Positions 10,431 to 28,690 of a DNA stretch of 64,000 bases are shown here, in pieces. The notes beneath the pieces were generated by a model. The model saw nothing but the letters and a program-made list of their open reading frames with translations, was not told the origin of the DNA and ran no database searches. The DNA comes from Amoebidium appalachense (Eukaryota > Protista > Ichthyosporea): positions 9,157,408 through 9,221,407 of the forward strand of contig CAVNZM010000009.1 of assembly GCA_963693365.1 (NCBI GenBank). Reading direction: 5' to 3'. The position numbers and the translations under genes are program-made. Every line of letters starts with the position of its first letter. The stretch's first letter is position 1.

Positions 10431-11272
10431 TACGATAAAAAACCGTATTTAGCGCGCTACCAAACAGGCCCTAAGGAAACAACGAGGAAATGGGGTCCAG
10501 TGGAGGTGGTGGTGGTGTTCTGTGTGTGTGTGTGTACACGTGCACGTATGTGTGTGGTTTTTTTTGGGGGGGGGGGAGTGGTGGTGGTGGTGGTGGTGGT
10601 GGTCACCGTGGTGGTGGTGTGTGTGTCCGGTGCACGTGTGTGTGCGTGTGTGTGGTGGTGGTGGTGGTGGTTGGGGGGGGGGGGGGGGGGGGGGGGGGAT
10701 ATACGATAGCCAAATATAGAAATTTTGGCGTCGACAAAAAAACGTTAAAAAAAGGATAAATAATTACTTGGCCCCAAATTTACCTTGCCATTTTTAGCGA
10801 ATGTATTTTTTATTCATGAGTTCTAGTAATTCAGTGAGTGCACGTGCCTGCCTCAGGCTGATATCGATCATGACAATTGCAACACACCATTCCTACATGG
10901 ATATCAACCAAAAGAAAATAGTCTCTACTGTGGTGCACTCCTCTAAAGCTTGTGCGGCATGCGCATACGTATACATGGTATTACAGTGACGCATGTGCCT
11001 ATTATTGTTCTGCACACCGGAGTGTGGTGCACGTGGCTGTTTTGTGCACATGTTACAATAGCAGCACGATCTCCCTAAACTCCATGTTTACACATCCCTC
11101 AGTCTCGGGCTGGCAGGTCAGTCGGTCGAGCCTGTGTCAACTTCAACTCAAGACCTCACATCGGAAATCTTGAAGTCCGCATCAACGGGCGTAGGTATGA
11201 GGAATTATCCTCAGGAATGTGCGTTGCTGCATTCTGATCAGACTTCGAAATTTTCTACAATCCACGATACTT

Positions 11273-11303
<31 letters not shown>

Positions 11304-11724
11304 GGGGGAGAGGAAGCAGACATACTGTACGTCAGTTTGAAGTTTAGGATAAATCAAGGCCGTTAGGATGAATCAAGGCCGTTGGTATTCTTCCCCTATT
11401 GATATGACAATGAAGGGCGGCTTAGCTGGACGGCTTCAGGCATATAGGCGGCCGCGGATCGGCATGTACACGCAAATGCCGCAACCAGTACCAGTAAACA
11501 TACATTGAACAGCTTATAATATATATGTGTGTGTGTGTGTGTGTGTGTATGTGTGTGTGTGTGTGTGTGTGTTAGATAAATAATCAGTGTACACCAGTTG
11601 TGGTTCAAGCCTTTCCAACTATAGAAGAAGTGTTATGATGTTCCACTAAGTCACACCAGCTGCCGCAGCTGTAGCATCGTCGGGCCACATTATTCACCCG
11701 GGTCTCCTTTGCATTATAACCCTG

Positions 11725-11812
11725 CATTTTATTGGTCAGGCAGCCAATCAGGAGGCGAAGAATAGATCTATTCGGAATCGCTATTGGTAAACAATTAAAC
11801 GCCTATTGGCCC
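11725..11812 (+). promoter_or_regulatory. CCAAT-box cluster upstream of the 8-TM gene
   Basis: Four CCAAT/ATTGG boxes within about 85 bp, about 270-350 bp upstream of an ATG in a GCCACCATG context (12068-12076). Confidence 0.4.
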
Positions 11813-12073
11813 CCTGAAGCAAAAAGCGACAGCTCATTACAACGTGACCTTACTGTCACACTGCCACTCTTGCACAGTGTACAGTACTTGGTTGTTATTG
11901 TGTAAACGTCCTTATTTGTTCTTATTACCCCCCCTCATACGTACACACCAGCTAGCTCCCTCCTTCACATTTTATCTTTTCAATCTTTAATAAGCATACC
12001 TGATAGATGTCCTTAGGAACACTTTTATAGGGCAAACACCTAGTTCTGTAATCTCACAGCTAAAGACGCCACC

Positions 12074-13399
12074 ATGACTTCGACTTTCTCTTCTACGACT
12101 TTCTCTTCTATCGATTCTACTTTCGGTGCCCTTTTTAGCGACTCAACCACCACTGACACGGGTGGGAAAGACAAAAACCCAAGGAAAGACTTGAACAATG
12201 CGAGTGTTCAAGCCACCGTAGATGCACTAGCGACTAAGAGAGAGAGGGAAAGAGAAAGAAACACCGCTAGGGCGGCAGAAGCCAAGAAAGCACACAAGCA
12301 ATACCAAAAAAGCTCGTGGTTGGTTTTCGCAGTAGTATTCACAGCCATTTTCTCTATGGAAATAGCTGCCCTGGTGCTCTGTTTTCGCGTGTCTGATAAC
12401 AACACATCACCTTTGAACATCTTGCTTTGGCTGGGAGATGAGATCAAAACTGCATTCGACGGCATGAAAAGCAACTCAACCGGTGTGGACAAGGTGGCTA
12501 ACATGAAAACCCTTTTGAAACTCACACAGACCTACCCCAAAACCGTTGCACGGGCTATCGAGGTGGCGAGTAAAATCGAGCACATCGTCCTTGTACCCAT
12601 CGTAATCCAGACGATTATTCTTGTGGCAGTCATTATCGGTCTTATTGTACACAGAAACTCAAAGGTGGTGAAGTCCCGCGGCCGCCCGTTTCTCATTCAT
12701 TACTTCGTTGCCGCTGCCTTCACCATGATAAGCACTACATTTCTCGCGCTGACCTCCTGCCTTACTTTCGTGGGTATCCCGCCAAATTTAACCCCAGCAA
12801 GCGAGCCGGCGCTGCGGAAGCTGGAAAAAGACCAGTCGTTGCAAACCTTCCTGGGGTCTATCCTGTCTATCTCATTCGTGTTGGTTATGTTGGCGGCGCT
12901 TGTACAGAGACAATACATGATTGCCAAATTGTTCAACAGGACGGTTGGTGTGAAGGTGAAGAACGTGAACTACTGGAAGTACTTTTGGGTTCAGTTTATC
13001 GTCATTTTCGTGGTTTTGGCCGCTTTTTTGGTGTGGGCCTTCAAGTACAACTTCAATAACTCGCAGCGGTTCTGGGCCATGGGCTCCGTCTTGATCCCCA
13101 TTACCGTGTACGGCGGCGTGTTCCTCTACTTTGTTGTCATCACCAAGGAAGCAACGGTGGTCTTCAGTGATTTCCAACTGAATATTCGCTGTTTTGTGTG
13201 GATAGAAGCAATCATGTTGGCCATGGTCATTCAACATCTGATCTGGCCTGTATCTATTCTTTCGACTTTTCACGGGTGGACGGCGGCTATTCGTTGCGCG
13301 GCGACGGTGACTGCGTTGGACATATCGGGCAGTTTGTATTTTATGAATAAGCACATGGCGGCTCTCAATGCAGCAGCTAGAGTACCCGTTCAGTCGTGA
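12074..13399 (+). CDS. Intronless multi-pass membrane protein; class C GPCR (7tm_3)-like 7TM core with an extra N-terminal TM
   Basis: 441 aa with about 8 hydrophobic helices. Class-C-like signatures: [15 protein letters not shown] after TM1, [13 protein letters not shown] after TM3 and [11 protein letters not shown] after TM5. Strong Kozak context. Confidence 0.7.
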   Translation: MTSTFSSTTFSSIDSTFGALFSDSTTTDTGGKDKNPRKDLNNASVQATVDALATKRERERERNTARAAEAKKAHKQYQKSSWLVFAVVFTAIFSMEIAALVLCFRVSDNNTSPLNILLWLGDEIKTAFDGMKSNSTGVDKVANMKTLLKLTQTYPKTVARAIEVASKIEHIVLVPIVIQTIILVAVIIGLIVHRNSKVVKSRGRPFLIHYFVAAAFTMISTTFLALTSCLTFVGIPPNLTPASEPALRKLEKDQSLQTFLGSILSISFVLVMLAALVQRQYMIAKLFNRTVGVKVKNVNYWKYFWVQFIVIFVVLAAFLVWAFKYNFNNSQRFWAMGSVLIPITVYGGVFLYFVVITKEATVVFSDFQLNIRCFVWIEAIMLAMVIQHLIWPVSILSTFHGWTAAIRCAATVTALDISGSLYFMNKHMAALNAAARVPVQS

Positions 13400-13572
13400 G
13401 GGGGACGACTCATGATTTATGGGAGGTGGATACATATGGCATAAACACATACACGCGTGCAGGCGCATACACATACACAAGTGCGTGCGCACACATACAC
13501 ATGTGTGCGCGCATGTGTACCATACATACATGCAGATGCAGACACACGTGTGTGCACACCCACCGTGAGACT

Positions 13573-13623
<51 letters not shown>

Positions 13624-14356
13624 GCATACGCATACAGACATGCACACCGTTGAAACGCACACAAACACAGGGATGCGGGCACACACACACACAAACACGT
13701 ACACACATATACACGCACGGGCACACATATGTTTTGCCTTGAGCTTGTTGGTCTTCATAATAACGCTTTACAACACATGCATCTCTGCAACACTCATGTC
13801 ATGCACGTCCTTTGCAAATATGGCATACTGTAACATTGCACTCACACTAGCACCTGTACACACATATGTAAGTCAAACGAACATACCTTTTTAACAATTT
13901 ACTGGCGAACTAAATTTTGATAAGAACTGCTCTTAATGCACGACCTTTTGCACTGACGATAGTTTATTGGAAAGATATGGCACGGCACGTGTTGATCTTT
14001 TTAGTGTTTGTTACTGGCCTATTGATAGTCCTTTTGGTGCTTATTTTACTGGTCTATCAAAGCTGTAGAATCTCTATCAGCTTCATATTTGTATGAGCCT
14101 AAGTGCAATTGATCAAGGGGATAATAATAATTTAGAACTGTTCTTTGTCAGGTACATAGAAACTAGACAGAGTCTCTTTGATAATCTTTTATTTATTATT
14201 AAATTAACCACCAAACTCTTGCTACCGTATCATCACCTTGCTTGCAAGCCTGTACGGAGCAGTGCATTAATCAGTGCAGCTCTGAAAAACGTGCAACTAT
14301 TGATGGCCAACACATCTTCATAATAATGGCCATTCAGATTATAATATTATTTTTTT

Positions 14357-14391
<35 letters not shown>

Positions 14392-14520
14392 CTAGGGTGG
14401 GAGGGAATCATTATAGTATTTGAGTTGGTTAAAATGGCAAAGAGCAAAGATCGTCCCTGATCCGTTACAATGTACGGCCAGGCTTTGATTTTGCATAGAG
14501 TACCGAGGGTGTGTGTGTAT

Positions 14521-14556
<36 letters not shown>

Positions 14557-14607
14557 GGGAGGGGGGGGAGTGATCTGCGTGGGTGTGCGTGTGTGTGGAT
14601 GCACGGC

Positions 14608-19250
<4,643 letters not shown>

Positions 19251-20836
19251 TCCCTCTCCCTCTCTCTCTTTTGGTGGTGTTTGTTGACAATGTTGTTGTT
19301 GTTGAATGAGACGAAGAGAAGAGGAGGGGGCGTGAGGGGGAAGGGGGAGGAAGGGGGATATGAGAGCCTCCCATCACCACCCCACAGAAAAAAAGAGAAC
19401 CATCACAACACACATCCACACAAACACACACACAGACACACACACACTATACAACCTCCCGCGTAGGCCACAGACAGGTCTCTCTCGCTCCCCCCCCCCT
19501 CCCCACCCCCCTCTTCATTTTTCGCCAGAAATGAGGGCCAATAGTCTGAGTTATAATGTTGATTTCCAAGCACTGATAGGCTGATGATGAAAATACCGTA
19601 ACATGGGTTCGTAAAGAGCATCCCCGAAATGTTCTATGAGACCTAGTTGAGAGACCTATTTGTGATGTGGTGGAGGAGGCCGGGAGGGGAAAAGGGAGGA
19701 GTGGCTGGTTTGTAGGTGAATTTTGGCAAGGCTTAAATATTAACCGCGCGTTATAACAGCATTCGGAATGTTTCGACTTACAGTTACCGTCTACTATTGA
19801 GACCCCTCACAGCAACCGCACCAAAACAAAAACTTGAATGGTGTACCCACCCACACGCCACCTGTCACCCCACGCCACCCACACACCACCTGTCACAAAA
19901 ACGCACACACAAGCACACACACAAGCACACACGTACACACACGCACACATTGATACACATCATGAAGACACGCACCCCCCCCATACAAAAATAAATAAAT
20001 CAAACTCACTTGCCCGCCCACTTACAAACACGTGCGCGCACGTGCATCATAGTACACACGCAAAATTACACACAAGCGCGCACACACATACACATACAAG
20101 CACACACGAACGAACACACACACGCCCCGTACCCGTGACACGCAAATACAGGTAAACACGCGCACGCGCACATCATAGGACACACACCCGCATGCATGCG
20201 CGCGCACACACAAAGTTTTATGAAAGGAATCCAAAAACAGCATCCCGCCTCCCCCCTTCTGCCTCCCTCCATCCCTCTATACCTCCCTCAGAGTCCTCCC
20301 TCCGTAGCTCAATAGGCTCCCTCCCTCCTTCCCTCCATCCCTTCTTCCCTCGGTCCCTCCCTCCCTCCCTCCCTTCTAACCTTCCACCCACCCTCTCTCC
20401 CTCTCCCTAGGTAAAGAGGCCTCCCTCCCTCCCACGCACCACCCACCCACCCACTCTCCCTTCCACCCACCCCCACCCAACCACCCCGTGACCCTCCCTA
20501 GCGAAAGAGGCCTCCCCCCCCTCCCTCCCTCCCTCCATAGCTAGAGAGGTCTCCCTCCCTCCATAGCAAAAGAGTTCTCCCTCCCTCCCTCCCTCGATGC
20601 CATCATCCTCCACCAAAACTCACCTGTCTCTTCACACAATATTTAGCCACGTATGAACGGGCCCCCAGCACAACTACGCCCCGACGTACAACTAACAACC
20701 TCCAGCACCTCCGCTAAGATGCCGCCTTGAACTGGCTGCGACTCCCGAGGTTCAAGTCGCGCGCCAAATATGAAAAAACGGCATGTGATTGGTCCGCCTA
20801 TCATGGGGCGCAGGGGTTGCCAGGTCACTGGCCGCC

Positions 20837-20876
20837 CACGGCCATCTAGAAACACCGGTGCTTCTAGATGGCCGTG
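20837..20876. repeat. Near-perfect 40-bp palindrome
   Basis: CACGGCCATCTAGAA-A-CACCGGTG-C-TTCTAGATGGCCGTG. Confidence 0.85.
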
Positions 20877-21740
20877 TGGCCGCCTTAATCGTTTTACCTC
20901 AAACGGTATCGTATTGTCGGAAAGTCTTTTTTTAATAATGACTTTATTGATAAGCTCAGCAAAATAGAAGCCATCAAGATATTGGAAAGTCTGAATCGTA
21001 TTGGTGGGGTGTTTTTCAATAAACCCCAACTGTTTTGTAATTTCAGATACTAATATCGTACAAATTTTTGCTTCACTAATAATATGGAACCCTAAAAGAG
21101 AAAAAAGGGCTTCGTATTCTTCGTTTCAAGCGCAAGAAATACCAACAGATCACTTTTTAATAGAGATCATTCATTTTTCTTATATCAAGACATCAAATTA
21201 CACGCTTGGAGCCTATATAATTGATACGAACGGTGAATACGGCACCCTACAGTCACACGGCCCTCTGAAAAAAAGACAGTTCTAACCGTGTTGGCCCCTG
21301 TGCCCGCCTTAATCGTATTTTGGGCCAATACGATTGGTAAGGCAAACCCTGTTGGATTGGGCTTGGGACTTGGTAAGGTTCGAATCGAATCGCGAAGGGC
21401 CGCCAGGCCCGGAGCACGGCGCACGGCCCACCAGGGCCAGCCCTCAGACCCCCCCTGCCCTCCCTCCCCCCAGACCTCCCCCTGCCCTCCTCCCTGACCT
21501 CCCTCCCGCTGCCTGGCTTGAAACAAGAAAGGGAAGGGAGGGAGGGAGAGGGGTTGGGGGATGCCCACTCTCTTTCCGCATGCAGTGTATGGGTGACCAT
21601 AATTCAGCCCCGCCCAGGGATTTCGGAAAATAGGATTCAAGGGGTTGCATTTTTAATGCACGAAATAGAGTCGTCACCTAACTACACCCATGGGAATGAT
21701 ATTAGATCACATCCCCATATTTTCATTTCTTTGATTGTGG

Positions 21741-21825
21741 GGTCATATCATGGCATGGCTTTTGGCCCTTCTTAGTCAAACGAGGTCATATCATGGCATG
21801 GCTTTTGGTCCTTCTTAGTCAAACG
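21741..21825. repeat. 43-bp tandem duplication
   Basis: GGTCATATCATGGCATGGCTTTTGG(C/T)CCTTCTTAGTCAAACG x2. Confidence 0.9.
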
Positions 21826-22248
21826 GTTATTCTCTTTATGCGTTTACACCCATGTTGAGTTGCTCATAGTGCATTTCTTGACACAAGTGATCTCCACTTG
21901 ATTGCCACGTTGACCGCTAACCATGATACTGTGAGGCAGATCTACCTCAGTTACGTAGTTACAAAGTGTTACATCCAGCCCCCCCTCTTTGATGCCATCC
22001 CCCCCCCCCCCCCCCCCCCCCCCTCTCCCCACCCTCCCAATCAACATCCTATTTTCCCTCCCCCTCCCCCCTTCCGCCCCCACACACACAGGGGGGGGAC
22101 TCTTTCCTATTTTTGTTTTCCTGCTCTCCCTGCTGTTTCTAAAGAGACATAGGCTGCCCCCCCTTGAAGCTCCCTCCCCCCCCCCCCCCCCCCCCCCCCT
22201 TTCCTTCTCCGACCTTCCCCTCCCCTCGCCTTCCCCCCCTTCCCCCCC

Positions 22249-22279
<31 letters not shown>

Positions 22280-22448
22280 AAAAAAAAAAAAAAAAACAAA
22301 TAAAGATAAATCTGATTGAATACTAAAAACAATATCAAAAGACAGAAGATCTTGGTGAACGTTGGACACCCTAAAGAAGAGGTGGTTTATGTCTACAAGA
22401 CTTTGGGTGCTTAAAAGATGGCGGATGTATATAATAATTGGGAGGCCC

Positions 22449-22480
<32 letters not shown>

Positions 22481-22510
22481 CGCGCGTGCGTGCGTGCGTG
22501 CGTGCGTACG

Positions 22511-22558
<48 letters not shown>

Positions 22559-22562
22559 TGTG

Positions 22563-22594
<32 letters not shown>

Positions 22595-22599
22595 TGACG

Positions 22600-22675
<76 letters not shown>

Positions 22676-22678
22676 GTG

Positions 22679-22747
<69 letters not shown>

Positions 22748-23214
22748 TGGGTTGGGGGGAGGGGGGCGGAGGGAGGGAAGGGGGGCTATTTGGGCCTACA
22801 GACGCATGAAAACTGCTCTCCAAGTTGTGTGTTGGTGGCTGGGAAAGACGAGAAGGAAAGGGAGGTTAGGGAAGGGGGAAGGGTGGTTGGGTGATTTGGC
22901 TTTCTCTGTGAGCCGTGTGTGCGTGTGTGCGTGTGTGCGTGTGTGTGAGTGTGTGTGTTTTTGCGTGTGTGTGTGTTTGTGTATCGGTGGTGGTGGTTGG
23001 GGGGAGGAGAGGGTGTGGGAGGGGGGCAAATCAGAGAAGGACTGTACAGCAACAGTTGTGGGTGACTTTATGGTCCGTGGGATTTAGGCAGCCACAGTGA
23101 CTGTCAAGGTAGCCAGAATAATGCAACCACCATGGTGGCATGCACCTGGGTGGGCAGTCACCCAACTGAGAAAAAAGAACACCTTCACGGGTTGCAAACA
23201 CATAACCCGTGTGA

Positions 23215-23546
<332 letters not shown>

Positions 23547-23956
23547 TTCCGAGGAGGAGGATCCTCTTCCAGCCAATCCCCGAGGTCCAACCATCCCAGC
23601 CTTCCTTGTCTTTACCCGTATTGACGCAAACTTCCAGGTCAGGCAAAGCCCAACCACGGTCTAAATAATCAACGGTTACCAACAAGGCCTGGTCGAGGAT
23701 CCCGAATATAGCAGCTTAAGGCCATGCACACAGAACCGGCCATCTTCGGAAGGGCTACGGCGGACTATACAGAGGGGTGAAATATGTGCTTTCAATTGGT
23801 GTGTCTGGTGGGAAGGGTATAGGAGCGGGTAAATTGGACATAGCACGTGTGGTGGGGAGGTGGGGGTCAACGGTGGACGGTGGGTTGGTTGGTTTTCCTG
23901 TTTCATGTTTCAAGTGGGTTTGTTGGTTTTTATTTTTTTTTTATTTTTTTTTTTCT

Positions 23957-23994
<38 letters not shown>

Positions 23995-26016
23995 GGGAAT
24001 AGGTTATTCAAAATTTTATTTTGATGTGTGGCATGTGGGCCACCACAGAAGTCTTTCGAAGCCAGCCATCCGCCGAAGCCTTACGGTATGTGCATCGCAT
24101 GCATTTAGGGGTGGGGGGAGGGAACATGACGGGGGGATAATTAGCTGATACAAAGCCATGGCTGTGATCGTAAACGCAGGAAAGGGTTTGGGCTGGGACC
24201 ATAGTATTGCTCGTACCTGCCCTTATCACATTTCATGCCAGAATACAAACCAGGAACAACCAAAACGAGTCATATCGAAGGTGTCTGCACATAGACCTGA
24301 TATTAGTCATGCGTGAAGCGAGGCTTTCTCCCATGCCGTGCGTTCTTTCGTGCTTTTCTTTCCTTCTTTCATCCTTTCTTTTCTTTTTCTTTTTTTTTTT
24401 TGGGGGGGGGGGGGGGGGAGAGGGGGGGGGGGGGGGGGGGGTGACCTGAACGCATAAGGGTTGCGGTGGGAACCCTGACCTTAAAGTCGCACTGGTCAAC
24501 AATTACCAGCTGCATATGCGCAGTGGCTATACATTTTATATGGGTGGTCACCCGACTAACCGGAGTACAATCAGCGGGTAGTGAATACACAGAACCGTGT
24601 CTTTGATTGTGGGACGGGGATGTGTTGGATTACTGAGCGTGATATGTATCGATGACCAGCTCTAGAGATTAAGAGTAACATTTAGCAGTTGAAGTTAAAA
24701 CGAAGATGCATTCCCACCGACTGTTGGCTCTCATCTTCACAGGGGCCCATCCACCACCTAAATTTGTTAATACGTCCCGCTCACCCCCTCCCCCTGCGGC
24801 CTCACCTGCTTCTCTCCCCCCTCCCCACTCCCTCCTTCCCCTTCCCCCCTCCCTCCCTTCCTCCCCTCTCCCCCCCCCCCCCCCCCCCCCTTTCCCAACG
24901 GCCAAACACAAGGCTTACCGATTGCCCTAACACCCATCCATTAACAAGCGCAGCTACAGACGCAAGCAAAAACATCTGAACCGCCCTTTTCTCAGTCCGC
25001 TTTTCCCCTGTTCCTCTTCCCACCTTGCTCCCGGTACTTTCACGACTGATTTAAAATCTGAAAAACAAATATCTCCCTCTCCCCTTCTTCGAATCCCCAT
25101 TCGTAAGATGCTGAGCACAAGGCTTTTCTTTCTTTCTAAGGCTTTTTCTTTTTTTCTTTTTATTGTAGGGGAAGGGCGGGAGGGTGTGTGTGTGTGTGTG
25201 TACTTGTGTGTGAAGAATGATAATATCGGTTCAATGACAAACACAAAATACCCCCTCTCCCCGTCCTACCCCCTCTCACCCTTTCTGGACGAAGTAAGTC
25301 CGCATAGTAACCCCCCCCCTCCCCCCCCCCCCCCTCCTCCCCCTCTCCCCCCCCCCCCCCCTCCCCCGCGCCCCCAATCTCCTCATGTTTTCCCCTTTCC
25401 AACCAAGTTGTATCCATCCACACTCACCGATGGCTATGACTACCCACCTCCCTCCCTCCCCTTCTTGAACAATTCAGCCTTCCGATTCGTCTTTCTCATT
25501 CATACCGAGAAAGGCCCAGTCATAACAATATTATGATAGGAAACCAACCATACAGCTAACTCTCTAGACACCCAAAGGGCACACAGCAATATATCTGACT
25601 ACGAATCGGCACCGGCTTTTAAAAACAATACGACAAACACTGGTAAAGATATCCGAAAGGGGTTAAAGGGTCTTCGTTTTGGGCAGCAGTTAAAGGGTTT
25701 TTGAGCAATTGTTATGGGGTCGATGTCCTTTTTAATATTGGCCTTGGGTGCCTGTGCGGTCAGCACCATGGAGACGTGGCCTCGAGTTGCATATGCACAT
25801 TGGCTATGCATGTATATGGATGGTCACCCAACCGATGATAGTGCAATCAATAGAAAGTGAGTGCACAACGGTGGCTTGATTGTGGGGCGGGATTCGGGCT
25901 AGAATTTATGCCGTGAAACCATGGGCGGCTCAATTAGTCGTCATTAGGTGGGCAGAATCTGATGTTTCTGCTTGAAGGTAATATGGTGCTAACATTTTCG
26001 TACATCTTTCCCCCCA

Positions 26017-26052
<36 letters not shown>

Positions 26053-26088
26053 CACCGCCTCCCCCCTCCCCCCCCTCCCCCCCCCCCA

Positions 26089-26119
<31 letters not shown>

Positions 26120-27968
26120 CCCCCCCTCCCCCCTCCCCCCACAAAGAAAAAAATAAAAAAATAAAAAATAACGCCCCCGCCATTCCACTTCTCCCGCATA
26201 ACCTTTTCCTACTTCCCCCAAGGAAAAAAAAAAGAAAGAAAGAAAAACGAGACAATTTATGCAGTAGGCAACCCTCCCACCACCTCGGTCCCATCCCACA
26301 GGCCAATCCCCCTATATTCACAGTTATCCCCTGCCACATGCCTTCTCCAACCTTCCCCCCCCCCCCCCCCCCTCTCTCTCTCCCCCCCCCTCCACCACCC
26401 CATCGCCCCATCTCCCCGGGTTCCACACTCGCTCACACACGCACACACACACACACACACACGCACTCACGCACACACACACGCACACACACACACACAA
26501 GATTCAAGATTCTCACATACACAGAACCCCCACAACCACGCTCCTTGGTGCCGCTCCTTGCCATGGTCCCCCCCCCCCCCCCCCCCCCCCTTCCCCTGCC
26601 GTTCGCCTGGCGTAAGGCGCACACTCATGTGTACCTCAGCAATGTGAAGCACCGGTCAGCCTCAGGCAGAGGACGTAGGTGCTGCGGGGTGCACCCATAC
26701 TCAAAACATTAACGAAATTTCAAACTAAACCCACCCGAACTTAGGGACCCACACCAACCCAGCTTGTCCCAAAGTTGGTAAACTGAAAATACACACACTG
26801 AGGCAACGATTGGCCCTCAAGGCACCACCAACCTCTCGGCCTCACCCCACCAAAATACCTGGTCCCCCCCCCCCCCCCCCCCCCGCCTTCAGCACCGCCC
26901 CCTCCCCCCCCCCCCCCCCCCCCCCTCCAGCCCCCCTTCCTTTGCCCTCTCCCCCCCCCCCCCCCCCCCCTCTCCCCCCACCGCCCCTCCAAGGCCGGCC
27001 TTCCCTTAAATCCCCACCTCTCCCTCTCCCCCCTTTTTCCAATCTCCCACCATCGTCATTCACCCACCCACCTTCCCACTAGGATTTTGGTCGTGTGCAA
27101 CCCCCCGATCTCTGGCTTCTGGCCCCAGGTTAACGCTATCATCTAGTTATTCCTTTTTTTCCTCCGTCTGTCTCGCTACCCATATCTCCTTCTCTTAACC
27201 ACCCTCCCCTCCCCCCCCCCTTCCCCCCCTTCCCCCCCTTACCCCCCTCCCCAGCCCCCCCCCCTCCCCCCCCCCCCCCCCCCCCCCCCTTTCCTATTAT
27301 CCCTTCCCCTATTACTGCTAGAAAACAACAGTGTTATATTTCGCAAAACGGAAAGGGGAGGGGAGAGGGGGGAGGGGGGAGGGGGGGGGGGGAAGGGGGG
27401 AGAGGGAGAAAGAGGGAGAGAGAGAGAGTGTGTGTGTGTGTGTGCGGTGTGTATGTGTGTGGTGGTGGTGGTGGGTGGGGGGGGGGGGGGGGGGGGGGGG
27501 GGGAGGGGGGGGGAGGGGGTGGGAGGTTTGGAAGGCTATGAGTGTGAAATGTCCTTGTACCGGTATACCATGCTCACCAGCCCTTCCCCTTCCATCTCCC
27601 GTTTACTCACCAACTTCCCTTCAACAACTGCCTATCCCTGGTCTTCCGTTTTCTGTAGTGCTTCCATCCCCCTCACCCTCCCCACCCACCCACCACCACC
27701 ACCACCACCACACCATTTCTTTTGCCCACCAGATCCTTCCCCAAATGTTACTTTCGACTCCGGCTCTATATAATCCCATCTCAACCTCCAAGACTTCTCT
27801 CTCCCCCCCCCCCCCCCCCCCTCCCCCCCCCTCCCCCCCCCCCCCCCCCCCCCCCCCAACCCCCGGGGATCCCTGCTGCCTCACCACTGCCTAAGCTCTA
27901 ACTTGCCCGGCCACCAGTGATTGACTTTCACAATTCGAATGCTCTCGTGAGCTTGAGCTCTCGAGCCC

Positions 27969-27999
<31 letters not shown>

Positions 28000-28435
28000 A
28001 CACACACACACAGTGACATTTAGGTCGATAGATTGTCGACTGATGAGCGAACAACATACACCTGCTAAACCTAGACTTCTAACAGATATCTTGCACACGG
28101 TTTATTCACTGTGGCGCATATAACGCTTGATATGCTTATTTGTGTACCGTGACTTCGAGAGTTCCCTGTCTAGCCGTAATGGAGCCCGGCTGGGGATATT
28201 CTTTCGAGGATTTTGCTGAGTCACACACGGTGAAAACAGTGGCTCCCAGATCACAATAAAGCCTCGAGCTCTACGCTCCCCTCCCCACCCTTTACACACA
28301 CCCCTTCTCCGCTCTCCCCAGTCCACCCGGGTCATGCACACACACCGAAATGATGTTACCTATTTATTTTTCCACTCCCTTTGGCTCAGCACCCGAATTA
28401 TTTAACAAGTATACATAACACACGCCACCCGGTCC

Positions 28436-28470
<35 letters not shown>

Positions 28471-28650
28471 CACACGGACACACACACACACCCACACACA
28501 CACACCTGTATGTACACACACACGCGCGCGCGCGCGCACACACACGCACACACGCACGCACACACGCACACACGCATGCGCATGCGCACGTGCACACACA
28601 CGCACACACACACACGCACACACACACACACACACACACACCGTGACACA

Positions 28651-28690
<40 letters not shown>

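Larger units (their letters stand above)
2012..10471. mobile_element. Decayed PIF/Harbinger (Tourist-like) DNA transposon hosting two nested elements
   Basis: Terminal IRs GGGCCTGTTTGGCAGC (2012-2027) and GCTACCAAACAGGCCC (10456-10471) match 15/16 and have a typical PIF/Tourist-type start. Flanks are CTTA / TAAG (TA duplication, or a TWA TSD with one mismatch). The subterminal motif CGTATTTA or its reverse complement recurs near 2045, 2072, 2099, 2112, 5291, 5354, 5410, 5423 and 10444. Confidence 0.75.

Noticed and set aside
21340-21395. tRNA or tRNA-SINE suggested by the B-box-like GGTTCGAATC
   Set aside because: No cloverleaf, acceptor stem or convincing A-box.
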